Made by a program: the position numbers and the translations under genes. This document shows positions 25,944 through 34,890 of a stretch of 34,890 nt of DNA, piece by piece. Source of the DNA: Armatimonadota bacterium (lineage in GTDB: Bacteria; Armatimonadota; Zipacnadia; Zipacnadales; FEN-943); NCBI GenBank assembly GCA_026419655.1, contig JANZZA010000274.1, forward strand, positions 1 to 34,890. Direction: 5' to 3'. The first letter of the stretch is position 1. Every line of letters begins with the position of its first letter. Below the pieces are notes generated by a model that had not been told where the DNA came from, made no database searches, and saw only the letters and a program-made list of their open reading frames with translations.

Positions 25944-28460
25944 ATGGCTTCGCGCTTTCCGCCCCAGCGCGTGGAAGTTATCAAGAAGGCCCTCCTTGGT
26001 TTCCTTCCACTCGACGGCGTTCTTTGGCGGCCGCGGGAGCTTGAAGTCTACAGTTACGACGCTGCTCGGGACGTGCACCGGCCGGACCTGGTGGTCCTGC
26101 CGCGTACCACCGAAGAAGTATTGGCCGCGGTTGCCGTCTGCCGTGACTTTGGCGTGCCGGTGACTCCGCGGGGCTCCGCTACTTCGTTGTCAGGTGGGCC
26201 AGTACCGGTCCGTGGTGGGGTAGTACTTAGCTTGACGCGCATGAACCGCATCCTGGAGATTGACGAGGGGAACTTGCGCGCGGTCGTCCAGCCCGGCGTC
26301 ATTAACCAGGACCTGGCCGACGAAGTTGCGCGTCGTGGGCTTATGTACGCTCCTGACCCTGCCAGCCAGATTGCTTGCAGCCTGGGCGGCAACGTGGCGG
26401 AGAATGCGGGCGGCCCCCATTGCCTGAAATACGGCGTCACGGCCAACCATGTCACTGGTCTGGTCGCCGTGACTGCTGATGCCTCCCTGTTGCGCCTGGG
26501 CGGCCAGGAATTGCTATCGCCAGGTCTTGATTTGCGCGGCCTCCTTATCGGCAGCGAAGGTACGCTCGCCGTGGTGACGGAGATTACTTGCAGATTGCTA
26601 CCTGCGCCGCCCGCGGTGGTGGCAGCTCTGGCGTGTTTCGCTAGCGTCGAAGATGCGGCCGACGCTGTCTCAGACATCATTGCCGCTGGCATGCTTCCGG
26701 CCACTATCGAGATGATTGACCGCACGGTCATCCAGGCCATCGAGATGTACGACCGCATCGGGTATCCGCAGGACGTAGAAGCCGTGCTTGTGCTTGAGGT
26801 GGATGGTCTCCCCGGCGCCGTGGCCGCCCAGGTGACCGTGGTCGAGGAAATCTGCCGGGCCCGGCGGGCGCTACGTTTCGAGTGGGCGGAGGCCGAGGCA
26901 GAACGTGAGCGTCTCTGGCGTGGCCGCAAGGGTGCAACCGCTGCTCTATCCTTCCTGGCGCCGGCCAAGCTCAGCACTGATGTGTCGGTGCCGCGTAGCC
27001 GCCTGGCCGAAGCTCTCTCCCAGGTTGCCGAAATCTCTCGCCGTTTCGACATCCCCATCGGCAACGTTTTCCATGCAGGCGACGGCAATCTTCATCCCCA
27101 GGTGCTTTTTGACCCTCGCGATCCGGATCAGGTGCGCCGCGCTACGGCCGCCGACGAGGCCATCACAGAAATGGCCTTGCGATTCGGCGGTGTCATCACG
27201 GGCGAGCATGGGATCGGGTCCGAGAAGCGCAAGTTCATGCCCCTCGCCTACACTGAAGACGAGCTGCGGGCCATGGCATGGGTGAAAGAGGCCTTCGACC
27301 CTGCTGGCATTCTCAACCCCGATAAGGTTTTGCCGGAGTTTAGCCCAGAGAAGCCGCCGGCCCGCGTTGACCCTGCAGGGACCTCGGGCCTACGAGAAGG
27401 CTTTGCGCGCCCGCAGTCCCTGGACGAGGTCGCCTCAATCCACCGTGCCTGCGAGGAGACGGCACACCGGCTAAACGTGTCTGCTCACTCCTTGATGCAT
27501 TCCGACGACGCCCTGGACGTTGACCTGTCTTGCCTTACGGGCGTTGTTGCTTATGATCCCGGAAACCTCACCGTTACCGTCCGCGCTGGCACGCCCATCG
27601 AAGAACTCCAGCAGGTTCTGGCTGAGTCTCGCCAGACCATTGGGGCCTGGCGAAGGCTCTCGGGCACCTCCGTCGGTGCTCTCGCTGCAACGGCGTGGCC
27701 AACGGCGGCCATTTCTCGTTACGGGGGGGCCCGCGATTTCATTCTGGGGATGACGGTTGTGGTGCGGGGGCGACTGTTGCGGCTTGGCAGCTCATGTGTA
27801 AAAAACGCTTCCGGCTATGCCCTGGAAAGGCTGTTTACGGGTAGCTTTTCCTGCCTGGGTGTGATTGCGGAGGTTACGCTGCGCACTCATCCTTTGCCCG
27901 ACGCCGAACAATCCCTGGTGCTTGTCGGTGCCGGGGAAGCCCTGCGCGCTTTTGTCGCCTGGCTACTTGTGTCCCCCTTGCCGTTTGAGCACGTCATTGT
28001 GAGACCTCTTGACGGCGACGGTTGTGCCCAGTGGTGCATTCAAGTGGCCGTCAGTGGTTTTGGGGCAGAGGTGCAAGAGGCTCTCTCTATCTTGCGGCCA
28101 GTGGCCAGGGATTGTGGTCTTGTCTGGGCCGATTCGTGTTTCCTTTCCTTCCCGCCGTCGGCTGACGTTCCTGGTCTGGGGGCCAGCCAAGAATCTCCAC
28201 CGGTGTTTTTTTGCTATCCGTTGCGCATGGCGCTCGACGAGGCGTTGCGGCTTCGTGAAAGGCTGCAGGAGTATTGGCCCCTGGCGGGCATCTTGCGTAC
28301 AGCGTCTACTGGCGAAACAATCAGTTCTTACCGTCTGGCCACTTCAGCCGAGGACCTATTTGTGAATCACCCGGCGGCCGAGACTGCTATTCTGACCCGG
28401 CTCAAGTCGCGCTTCGACCCCTTCTGCATCCTGCCGCCCTGGTTTTCCAGTGGAGCATGA
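25944..28460 (+). CDS. glcD: FAD-linked 2-hydroxyacid oxidoreductase: GlcD fused to a divergent GlcE-like domain
   Basis: PRGSATSLSGG, PDPAS, GGNVAENAGGPHCLKYGVT, GSEGTL, HAGDGNLHP, GEHGIG, DPAGILNPDK; second half has YDPGNLTVTVRAGT, RDFILG and VKNASGY..RLFTGSFSCLGVI. Confidence 0.9.
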   Translation: MASRFPPQRVEVIKKALLGFLPLDGVLWRPRELEVYSYDAARDVHRPDLVVLPRTTEEVLAAVAVCRDFGVPVTPRGSATSLSGGPVPVRGGVVLSLTRMNRILEIDEGNLRAVVQPGVINQDLADEVARRGLMYAPDPASQIACSLGGNVAENAGGPHCLKYGVTANHVTGLVAVTADASLLRLGGQELLSPGLDLRGLLIGSEGTLAVVTEITCRLLPAPPAVVAALACFASVEDAADAVSDIIAAGMLPATIEMIDRTVIQAIEMYDRIGYPQDVEAVLVLEVDGLPGAVAAQVTVVEEICRARRALRFEWAEAEAERERLWRGRKGATAALSFLAPAKLSTDVSVPRSRLAEALSQVAEISRRFDIPIGNVFHAGDGNLHPQVLFDPRDPDQVRRATAADEAITEMALRFGGVITGEHGIGSEKRKFMPLAYTEDELRAMAWVKEAFDPAGILNPDKVLPEFSPEKPPARVDPAGTSGLREGFARPQSLDEVASIHRACEETAHRLNVSAHSLMHSDDALDVDLSCLTGVVAYDPGNLTVTVRAGTPIEELQQVLAESRQTIGAWRRLSGTSVGALAATAWPTAAISRYGGARDFILGMTVVVRGRLLRLGSSCVKNASGYALERLFTGSFSCLGVIAEVTLRTHPLPDAEQSLVLVGAGEALRAFVAWLLVSPLPFEHVIVRPLDGDGCAQWCIQVAVSGFGAEVQEALSILRPVARDCGLVWADSCFLSFPPSADVPGLGASQESPPVFFCYPLRMALDEALRLRERLQEYWPLAGILRTASTGETISSYRLATSAEDLFVNHPAAETAILTRLKSRFDPFCILPPWFSSGA

Positions 28461-28482
28461 AGGTCCCGGTGTCGGGTGGACC

Positions 28483-28537
28483 TTTTCTGTGAGGGAACCC
28501 GAAAAGACTGGTACCTAGCCTCTTTTCCCAAGCTTTT
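28483..28537 (-). repeat. Third degenerate copy of the 15716 repeat
   Basis: TTTTCTG..GGGAACCC.GAAAAG..AGCC..CCCAAGCTTTT collinear with the reverse complement of copy 1; lies between convergent genes. Confidence 0.45.
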
Positions 28538-28590
28538 GCGGTGTCTCCGCCGCTTGTCTGCTGTTGGCCCTTTGATGGAGCAGCCGACAA

Positions 28591-29079
28591 TTAGTCACCA
28601 ACCAGGAGTCTCTCCAGCTCTTCCTTGTATTCGTCGGCCGTCGTTGTGAGTGTCTCGAAGACTGCCTTGAAGGCGTCATACCCGACGCCGTTTTCGGTGC
28701 TAAAGGTGAAAGTGATTCTTACTTCGCCGTAAGTTGGGTCCCATTCGAACTTGCCCACGTTCAGCTTCCAGTTCAGTTCCATGAGCCGGCGAAGCACCCT
28801 ATCACAGTTACGGTGGTCGGGCTTAACGGTCATGTAGTCGCTTATCACGATGAACGCGAGGGCGCTTTCGGTGTTCGCGATGACATAGGTATCGTAGTTG
28901 CCATGGTCACCAACCATGATCATGTGTGCGAATCCTTTCTCAGGGTCCGTCTCGTACTTCAGCCCCATTTGGTCCAGATATTTGGTCAGGTAGGGCAAAT
29001 CTACAGTCACCAGGGTTGCGGCCTGTGAGAAGGGCAACAAAACTACCAGCAAAACCAAGACTCCCACCGCCTTCTTCAT
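28591..29079 (-). CDS. YbjN/T3SS-chaperone-like domain protein with N-terminal signal peptide
   Basis: AAGGAGG RBS; MKKAVGVLVLLVVLLPFSQA signal; LRRLMELNWKLNVGKFEWDPTYGEVR YbjN-like motif. Confidence 0.8.
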   Translation of the reverse strand: MKKAVGVLVLLVVLLPFSQAATLVTVDLPYLTKYLDQMGLKYETDPEKGFAHMIMVGDHGNYDTYVIANTESALAFIVISDYMTVKPDHRNCDRVLRRLMELNWKLNVGKFEWDPTYGEVRITFTFSTENGVGYDAFKAVFETLTTTADEYKEELERLLVGD

Positions 29080-29122
29080 CGCGGCTCCTCCTTGTCCAGC
29101 ATGTTGTGGGATGTTGCTCGCC

Positions 29123-29133
29123 CAGGGATTATA
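29123..29133 (-). promoter_or_regulatory. -10 element upstream of the ybjN-like gene
   Basis: Minus strand TATAATCCCTG about 45-50 nt upstream of the ATG; no good -35. Confidence 0.35.
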
Positions 29134-29226
29134 CTCTGTCAGTTGCTCTTCTGCCCCATTTGCTTGCATTATCCATGCCGGGGTAGGTTATTGTGCTGCG
29201 GCAATCTCGGGTGGCTGAGAGAGCTA

Positions 29227-30594
29227 ATGAGCAACGAGGTCAAGGATAGGCGGGTTGGTCCGGATTATCCGGGCTGGCCTGATTACGCTGCTCGGGCCCT
29301 GGATGAACTGCTGCGATGTAACCGCTGTGGGTTTTGCGTAAGTGTGTGCCCTACGTATCGCGCTACGCAGAAGGAACTTTTTGTGGCCCGGGGGCGCAAT
29401 TTCCTTGCCGGCAAGCTTTTGGGTAGCCCGGGTACAGGTGTGGGGGACCAAGCCGAGCCCGTGGGCGAGGAGGATTTTGTCGAGCCGCTGTTTCAGTGTC
29501 TTCTTTGCGGTGCCTGCGAGGTGGTGTGCCGCAGCAGCGTTAAGACCAATGAAGTTATGGTGGCCACCCGCAGTCATCACTGGGAAAAACGTGGCCGTCC
29601 GGCTTTCCTGCGCTTATTCTTTGACCAGTTACTGGCCAATCCGCGCTTGCTAAGGCGTGTTGTGCGTCTCCTGGGACTGGGCAAGCGGTCGGGCCTCTCA
29701 TCACTGGCCCGCGGCCTTGGCCTGCTGCGTTGGATAAACGCCCGCCTCGCGACGGCCGATGAGCTTGTGGCGCAGGTGCCCCGCAGCTTCCTGCGCGACC
29801 GACTGCACCACCTGGGCTTCCGACGCGACAAAGTTGGCGCCGGCGGGGCACGGGCATGGGTCCTGCCGCGGCCCCATGGCGCCACCGGTCCTCGCCTTCT
29901 CTACTTTATTGGCTGCGGTACGGATTTGCAGCAACCCCAGGCTGGCGAGGCTGCTCTGCGCGTTCTCAACGCGGGCGGCTGTGAGCTGATAGTGCCGGAG
30001 CATCTGTGCTGCGGTCTGCCGCCCTTTTCCTATGGCGACCTTGATGCTGCGCGCTCCCTTGCGGCGCGAAACGTGGAACTACTTTCTGCCTTCGACGCAG
30101 AGGCTATCGTAACCGACTGTGGCAGTTGTTCAGCCTTCCTGTCACGCTACGGCGAGCTTCTTGGGCTTGGCGCAGCAGCTATTTCGGCAAAAGTTCGCGA
30201 CTTCACCCAGGTGGCAATGGGTCTGGCTCTGCCGCGGCTTTCAGGGCCTGTTCGCGTGACCTATCACGATCCGTGCCACTTGGTCCGGGGCAAGGGCGTG
30301 CGCGATGAACCGCGGGAGCTTTTGCGGCGCGCCGGCTGCGAGCTGGTCGAGCTTGCCGAGGCCGACTGGTGTTGTGGCGGCGCTGGCACCTATAACATCA
30401 TGCACCCAGAGCTTTCTCTGGCCGTGCTGGAGCGGAAGATGGCCAATATTGCGGCCACCGGAGCGCCTGTAGTGGCTACATCCTGCCCGGCCTGCATCAT
30501 TCAGCTAAGCTACGGGGCACGCCGTTTTGGGCCAAAGATAGAAGTCATGCACATAGCCCAGCTTCTGGCGCGAGGGGTGACCTTGGCTGACTGA
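29227..30594 (+). CDS. glcF: Fe-S oxidoreductase subunit GlcF (2x 4Fe-4S plus 2x CCG domains)
   Basis: CNRCGFCVSVCP, CLLCGACEVVC, YFIGC, CCGLP, DCGSC, YHDPCHL, CCGGAGTYN, SCPAC. Confidence 0.9.
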   Translation: MSNEVKDRRVGPDYPGWPDYAARALDELLRCNRCGFCVSVCPTYRATQKELFVARGRNFLAGKLLGSPGTGVGDQAEPVGEEDFVEPLFQCLLCGACEVVCRSSVKTNEVMVATRSHHWEKRGRPAFLRLFFDQLLANPRLLRRVVRLLGLGKRSGLSSLARGLGLLRWINARLATADELVAQVPRSFLRDRLHHLGFRRDKVGAGGARAWVLPRPHGATGPRLLYFIGCGTDLQQPQAGEAALRVLNAGGCELIVPEHLCCGLPPFSYGDLDAARSLAARNVELLSAFDAEAIVTDCGSCSAFLSRYGELLGLGAAAISAKVRDFTQVAMGLALPRLSGPVRVTYHDPCHLVRGKGVRDEPRELLRRAGCELVELAEADWCCGGAGTYNIMHPELSLAVLERKMANIAATGAPVVATSCPACIIQLSYGARRFGPKIEVMHIAQLLARGVTLAD

Positions 30595-30933
30595 TGCTGG
30601 GCTTTGCATTCGTCGCGCAAACGGTACGAAAACGGTTGCGAAGGCAGGCTCGGCGATTATCTTCTCAAGGGTCAGTGCTGCAAAAGCTGCAGTTGGCTTA
30701 CGCAGCGTGCAGAAACTAGGCAGTCCCCCACGGACCTTTTCTCTGATGTGCGTCTGGGACGCCGTAAAGCGACATTTGCGACAGCCTCCACAGGATTGCC
30801 CGTTGGGAAACAGACTCTTTCCGCCGCTTCACGTCCCGAAGGTGCTGCCACACGATCGCTGATGCCGTCGAACTTCACTGTGACCGACGTCATATTGCCT
30901 TCGAGACCGATTAGTTTCCCCTGCGGCCTGGTC

Positions 30934-33900
30934 CTACCGTTCTCTGACGACTATACGTGCTGGGCCGGCCAGGCCTGCGGCGCGAGGATTCTTATCGAAG
31001 AGATTGGTCGCTGTGTTGGCTACTTCGACGCGGATTTCGTTGGCTCCGGCTTTGGCCAGTCCCGTAATGTCTACGGCCCATGGGCGCCAGAGCCGCACTC
31101 CGGCTTCCTGGCCGTTCACCACTACCCGACAGGAGTCGTAAACCCGGTCCAATTCCAGCGTCAGCCTGGCCCCAGAAGCGTATTTTGCAGCTATTTCAAC
31201 TCTTTGGCTGTATGCTGCTATGCCGGAGTAGTACGGATAGCCGTTTTCGTTCCACAGGCCGGTCATTGACGGCCGGGCTGGTTTCAGGACGCGGCCGTCT
31301 ACCTCGAAGCGCCCGATGATGTATGCCGGGCCGAAGAACCGCGGTATTTCTTCCAGTAGTGAGATCAGGGCTATCTGGAGAGTGTTCTCGCCGACGCGCA
31401 GATGTTCGTCCAGAGGTATCTCCAGGAAGTACGGGTCTACCCACGAGGACAATATAGGCGCTGGCAGAAGTTCTCCGTTTAGTAATACCTCAATGTTGCG
31501 GCGCCCGCTGAGAAAACCGACGTGTGACGGCAGCTCTGGCACCATGTCGTCTAGGACCAGCCGCAAGCCTTCGAGCCGTCCCTGCACCACGAAATGGGTT
31601 GTGTAGCTATTCGCCTGTCCCGGGAGGTTGGTGCCCAATTTTTCGCCGAGCTGCACGTCCCGCGGAGTAAATTGAAAGTCGTCGAGCACCAGCACGTTGG
31701 GACTGAGTGACTCGAAGTCCCACAGCTCGCCCAACTCTATCACGTTCACTACGCGGCCTTCGACAGGCAATGCTTTCCCACTCGGCTCAGCCTGCTCATC
31801 AATGACCAGGACTCTTGCCTCGCCGCCTTCCAGGGTCAAGTTCACGACGTGCCGGCCGTCCTCGATCCGCGGCGCAAGCTCCCGCGTCTGGCCGGTCTCC
31901 AGGTCCCATTCCTCGATGCGTCCGATAACTTCTTTCGGCCCGTGCCAGGTGACTTCCACGGGTTCGTGCTCGCGGCGGTTCATGGTGAAGAAAAGATGGG
32001 CCCGCCCGTCGGTGCGGTGACAGCAAATCACGTCTTCTGCTGCCTGGGCGTCGCTGCTTTCGACGATGATGTCCGGCTCCAGCATCGCGCCGAGGGTTTC
32101 AGCCAGCCAGGCCTGCACGTCGTTGACCTGGGCGGCGAATACGGCCTGTCCACCTGCATCGCTGCGGCCCTCGCGGCGCTGGTCGTCGCCGTCAGAAAAG
32201 ATTTCGGCCATTATCTCGCGCACGCGCTCGTCGTCGCCCCGACGGTCGGCTTCCAGCGGCAGGCAGCCCAAAGCCAGCACGTGCCCTCCCGAGCGGAAAA
32301 ACTGCAAGAGCTTCTCGGCCGCGAAACGCGAGATGACTTCCAGGGCTGGCAGGATGACCACGCGATACGTCTCACTGCTACCGTCAAAGCCGAGCACGCC
32401 GTCGCCAGTGCGGGCGCGCTCGAGCTGGCTCTCGTCCAGGTAGTCAAAGTCGTAATGCAGCCTCAGCAGCCGGTCGCTGAGTTGAGCATAGAGGCGGTCC
32501 TGAAGCAGGTCATGGTTCATTTGGCCGCTGCGCACCATGTTGAGTGCGACGGTCTTGACGGGCGACAGGATGGCCACGCCGCTGACGTGGTGCCCCTGCG
32601 TCTGCACCAGGCACACGCGTCCGATGTAGTCAGCCCATTTGCGATACCACGGCCAGAAGGGGGCATGATAAAACTCGCAGGGCGGCCAGTCGGTTTTCCG
32701 CAGTCCAACGAAACTATAGTAGAAGGCGTGTGGAATAATCATGTTCACGCCCAGGGCCGCCATGAAATTCAGGTCCAGACGCCGGTCAGCGAGAGTATGG
32801 CCGTGACCTGACGCGCCAAAAGCCTCAACCATCACTCGCGGCCGCCCCATGACGTGGGCCACCGACGATGCGCATTTGATGCCCAGCACGCGGAAGGGAT
32901 TGTCCTTCGTTCCGACTCCGTGGCCTAGATAATCCGCGCCCGGCCGGTGCATTTGCTCCAGGACCCGTGTCTGGTTGCCCTGCGTGCGCACCTGAGCAAA
33001 GAGCGGGTCTTCCAGTGTGTGGCCGATATATTCAAGTCCATGCTGACTGCACCAGGCAGAGAGTTGCTGGTGGTAGGCTTCTACGTACCACGACGAAACG
33101 GCATCAAAAAAGTCCAGCCGGACCTTGCGCCAGTCATCGCCCATCTCGTAGACCAGCTCGAGAAGCCTTGGGCGCAGGTCGTAGCCCTTGAGCCGCTCGA
33201 ACCTGGTGAAAAAGTCCCGTGTCCAGGGCAGCGTGATGCCTGGCAGGCGGCGGGCGGGGTTTTCCACAGTTCCGCGCACGGCCTCGTCGGAGAAGTATGC
33301 GTCATGAATCATCAGGCCAGGCTCGTCGGTGAACACACCCTTTATCGTGTCACCGAAGAACCGCTCGAAGCGGAGGTTCGGCTCATAGCAGGCCTCGAGA
33401 AACTTGCGCATGGCCGCCGGATTCATGGTGTCTATGTAGTAGCCGCGAAACCACGTCACGCGCTCGGCAACAGGGCACTCGAAGAACAGGGTGACCAGCC
33501 ACCTGCCGGGGGGTGCTGCCCACTTGAGCGCTCCGTCCGGCCCCATCTTGGCGCTGATGTCGCGGAAAGGCTCCGTTGGCAAGACCTGCCCGCGTTCGTC
33601 CTGCTGGTAATGGCTGGCCACCGCCGCGATAAGCGTGTTCTCTGCAGCCTCAATCTGGGCGCGAAAAGTGGCTCCTCCGGTCACGAAGAGCCGCTGGATG
33701 CGCAGATACCTCATCCGATTTTCTGGATATGGCCTGGTGAGCCGCCCGCCGAAAAACCCCGAAGGCCAGTTGTCTTCATCGTAGAGCCAGGCTTCCATGC
33801 CGTGGGCGGCCATTTCCTCCAGGCACACCTCCACCGCGTCAAGCCAGGCCTTCGACATGAAGGGAACCTTGAGGCCGTGGCGAGGATGAATAACCGCTCC

Positions 33901-34035
33901 GCCTACTCCTTTTGCAGCCATTTCCGCTATCTGGACGCGCAGCAGGTCGTGGTCCAGATGGTAGTTGAGGAACCAAAAAGGTTGGGGGCGGAAACTGTTT
34001 GGTGGGTCAAGAAAGGCTGCCTTAAGTTGCTCCAT
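30934..34035 (-). CDS. GH106 (alpha-L-rhamnosidase)-like glycoside hydrolase with C-terminal beta-sandwich
   Basis: F.DPP..FRP.PFWFLN, WLYDEDNWPSG, FTDEP, SSVAHVMGR, GVN...HAFYYS, YPYYSG, NEIRVEVANT; AGGAG RBS; no signal peptide. Confidence 0.82.
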   Translation of the reverse strand: MEQLKAAFLDPPNSFRPQPFWFLNYHLDHDLLRVQIAEMAAKGVGGAVIHPRHGLKVPFMSKAWLDAVEVCLEEMAAHGMEAWLYDEDNWPSGFFGGRLTRPYPENRMRYLRIQRLFVTGGATFRAQIEAAENTLIAAVASHYQQDERGQVLPTEPFRDISAKMGPDGALKWAAPPGRWLVTLFFECPVAERVTWFRGYYIDTMNPAAMRKFLEACYEPNLRFERFFGDTIKGVFTDEPGLMIHDAYFSDEAVRGTVENPARRLPGITLPWTRDFFTRFERLKGYDLRPRLLELVYEMGDDWRKVRLDFFDAVSSWYVEAYHQQLSAWCSQHGLEYIGHTLEDPLFAQVRTQGNQTRVLEQMHRPGADYLGHGVGTKDNPFRVLGIKCASSVAHVMGRPRVMVEAFGASGHGHTLADRRLDLNFMAALGVNMIIPHAFYYSFVGLRKTDWPPCEFYHAPFWPWYRKWADYIGRVCLVQTQGHHVSGVAILSPVKTVALNMVRSGQMNHDLLQDRLYAQLSDRLLRLHYDFDYLDESQLERARTGDGVLGFDGSSETYRVVILPALEVISRFAAEKLLQFFRSGGHVLALGCLPLEADRRGDDERVREIMAEIFSDGDDQRREGRSDAGGQAVFAAQVNDVQAWLAETLGAMLEPDIIVESSDAQAAEDVICCHRTDGRAHLFFTMNRREHEPVEVTWHGPKEVIGRIEEWDLETGQTRELAPRIEDGRHVVNLTLEGGEARVLVIDEQAEPSGKALPVEGRVVNVIELGELWDFESLSPNVLVLDDFQFTPRDVQLGEKLGTNLPGQANSYTTHFVVQGRLEGLRLVLDDMVPELPSHVGFLSGRRNIEVLLNGELLPAPILSSWVDPYFLEIPLDEHLRVGENTLQIALISLLEEIPRFFGPAYIIGRFEVDGRVLKPARPSMTGLWNENGYPYYSGIAAYSQRVEIAAKYASGARLTLELDRVYDSCRVVVNGQEAGVRLWRPWAVDITGLAKAGANEIRVEVANTATNLFDKNPRAAGLAGPARIVVRER

Positions 34036-34060
34036 CTTACACATCTCCTGCCATTGCGAA

Positions 34061-34096
34061 TACAAAGCCCGCCGTCGCACTGGCGGCGGGCTTGTA
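34061..34096 (-). terminator. Strong intercistronic hairpin (terminator or mRNA-stabilising stem)
   Basis: AAGCCCGCCGTC-GCACT-GGCGGCGGGCTT stem followed on the minus strand by a short TTTGTATT tract. Confidence 0.55.
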
Positions 34097-34143
34097 TATA
34101 CTCTCCCCAACAAGGTTTTACAAGCAATGCTCTCGCCAAACCT

Positions 34144-34890
34144 CTACAGACTCCGTATCCGGCTGACCATCTCGTCAATCTCGGCCTGGTTCGTCAACAG
34201 ACCGATTTCCAGTTCATACTCCCGCGACTCCCCGGGCTGCAGAACGATAAGGCGGCCTTCTTCGCGCTCTTTTACGCGCCCGTCTACCTGATTGGTCGCC
34301 GGCTCGATGCCCGTCACGTAATGGCCCTGGGCGGGCATCTTCCACTGCACCAGCCAGGGAAGCTGGTGGATGTTATACCTCAGGTACACGCCTATGCCCT
34401 GGCCGCCGTTGAACTTGCGATTAACAAAGGCCACGTATACCGTGCCGTCCGCCGCTGACCGACACTTATGGTAATAGACCCATTCCTTTTCGTGCGGTAT
34501 TGGCGCAGGGAACTGTGACCATGTGTCAATGTGTTTGGCAGCCAGCTCCGTGCGGGGGATGGTTTCCTCGGCCGGAAAGACGTACTCGGCGCCTTCGTCC
34601 ACTACGGGAAAGCCCAGGTTCACGTGATACAGATACATATGCTCCTGCGGGTCCCAGCCCTCGTTGGTAACGACGTCGTGCAGCAGTATTCGGTTTTGAC
34701 CGAGCATGGCCGATATGCGGCGCGTGACGGCCATATTGGGACCGAAAACCATTGCCTCGCGCACCTTGCCCTGCACCCAAAAAACGTACTCGTCTCCGTC
34801 CCAGCGGCCGTCAACGTAAAGGTTCTTGGCGGGCGTATGCGAGAACCATCCGTGAAGCCCCAGGCTGCCGGTGGGCGACCACTCCAGGCA
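34144..34890 (-). CDS. Aldose 1-epimerase-like DUF4432 protein (5'-truncated by the window edge)
   Basis: Frame open to the window end (…GLHGWFSHTPA…); LYHVNLGFP, QWKM and GIEPAT motifs. Confidence 0.87.
   Translation of the reverse strand, partial: CLEWSPTGSLGLHGWFSHTPAKNLYVDGRWDGDEYVFWVQGKVREAMVFGPNMAVTRRISAMLGQNRILLHDVVTNEGWDPQEHMYLYHVNLGFPVVDEGAEYVFPAEETIPRTELAAKHIDTWSQFPAPIPHEKEWVYYHKCRSAADGTVYVAFVNRKFNGGQGIGVYLRYNIHQLPWLVQWKMPAQGHYVTGIEPATNQVDGRVKEREEGRLIVLQPGESREYELEIGLLTNQAEIDEMVSRIRSL

Noticed and set aside
30615-30660. GCAAAC…GAAA resembling a c-di-GMP-I (GEMM) riboswitch
   Set aside because: Lacks the paired P2 stem and the GACGCAAAGC element, and lies 3' of convergent genes.
30672-30893. 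73-aa minus-strand ORF starting MTSVTVKF, superficially MoaD/ThiS-like
   Set aside because: No C-terminal Gly-Gly, weak RBS and no other family features.
32947-34458. 503-aa + strand ORF, and similar long antisense ORFs at 1368-2624, 3277-4323, 8279-9202, 18628-19509, 24924-25667, 26054-27088 and 31849-32811
   Set aside because: Shadow ORFs opposite well-supported genes, expected from GC-rich codon bias; no recognisable motifs.
1-34890. CRISPR array, tRNA/rRNA, transposase, integrase, toxin-antitoxin or defence genes
   Set aside because: No regularly spaced repeats, cloverleaf signatures or catalytic motifs of these classes were seen.

Overview
GC-rich bacterial chromosomal region with 20 protein-coding genes, the last truncated by the window edge. 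No tRNA, rRNA, CRISPR array, transposase, integrase or phage gene was recognised. Gene content (OPT-like transporter, UROD-family protein, large GH123/CBM9-like and GH106-like hydrolases, HEAT protein, oxygen-sensitive Fe-S enzymes) suggests an anaerobic sugar degrader, possibly Armatimonadota-like; the taxon is inference only. Main points: (1) A 1419-aa fused activase/reductase has the architecture of bacterial ether-lipid synthases (plasmalogen synthase PlsA/PlsR, glycerol ester reductase Ger). It has a near-consensus promoter under a palindromic operator and an MBL hydrolase directly downstream. (2) An unusual Feo locus: FeoB carries a ~145-aa extracytoplasmic beta-rich insert, its partner is a DtxR-FeoA fusion with an eroded HTH, and both sit in a directon with a secreted metallophosphoesterase and orphan sugar ABC permeases. 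(3) A ~60-bp hairpin repeat with compensatory stem changes brackets the UROD-family gene in inverted orientation and recurs, decayed, in other spacers. (4) A GlcD-GlcE fusion has a possibly switchable 5' leader and is separated from glcF by an inverted, secreted YbjN gene. All calls are by eye from motifs; no database searches were run.
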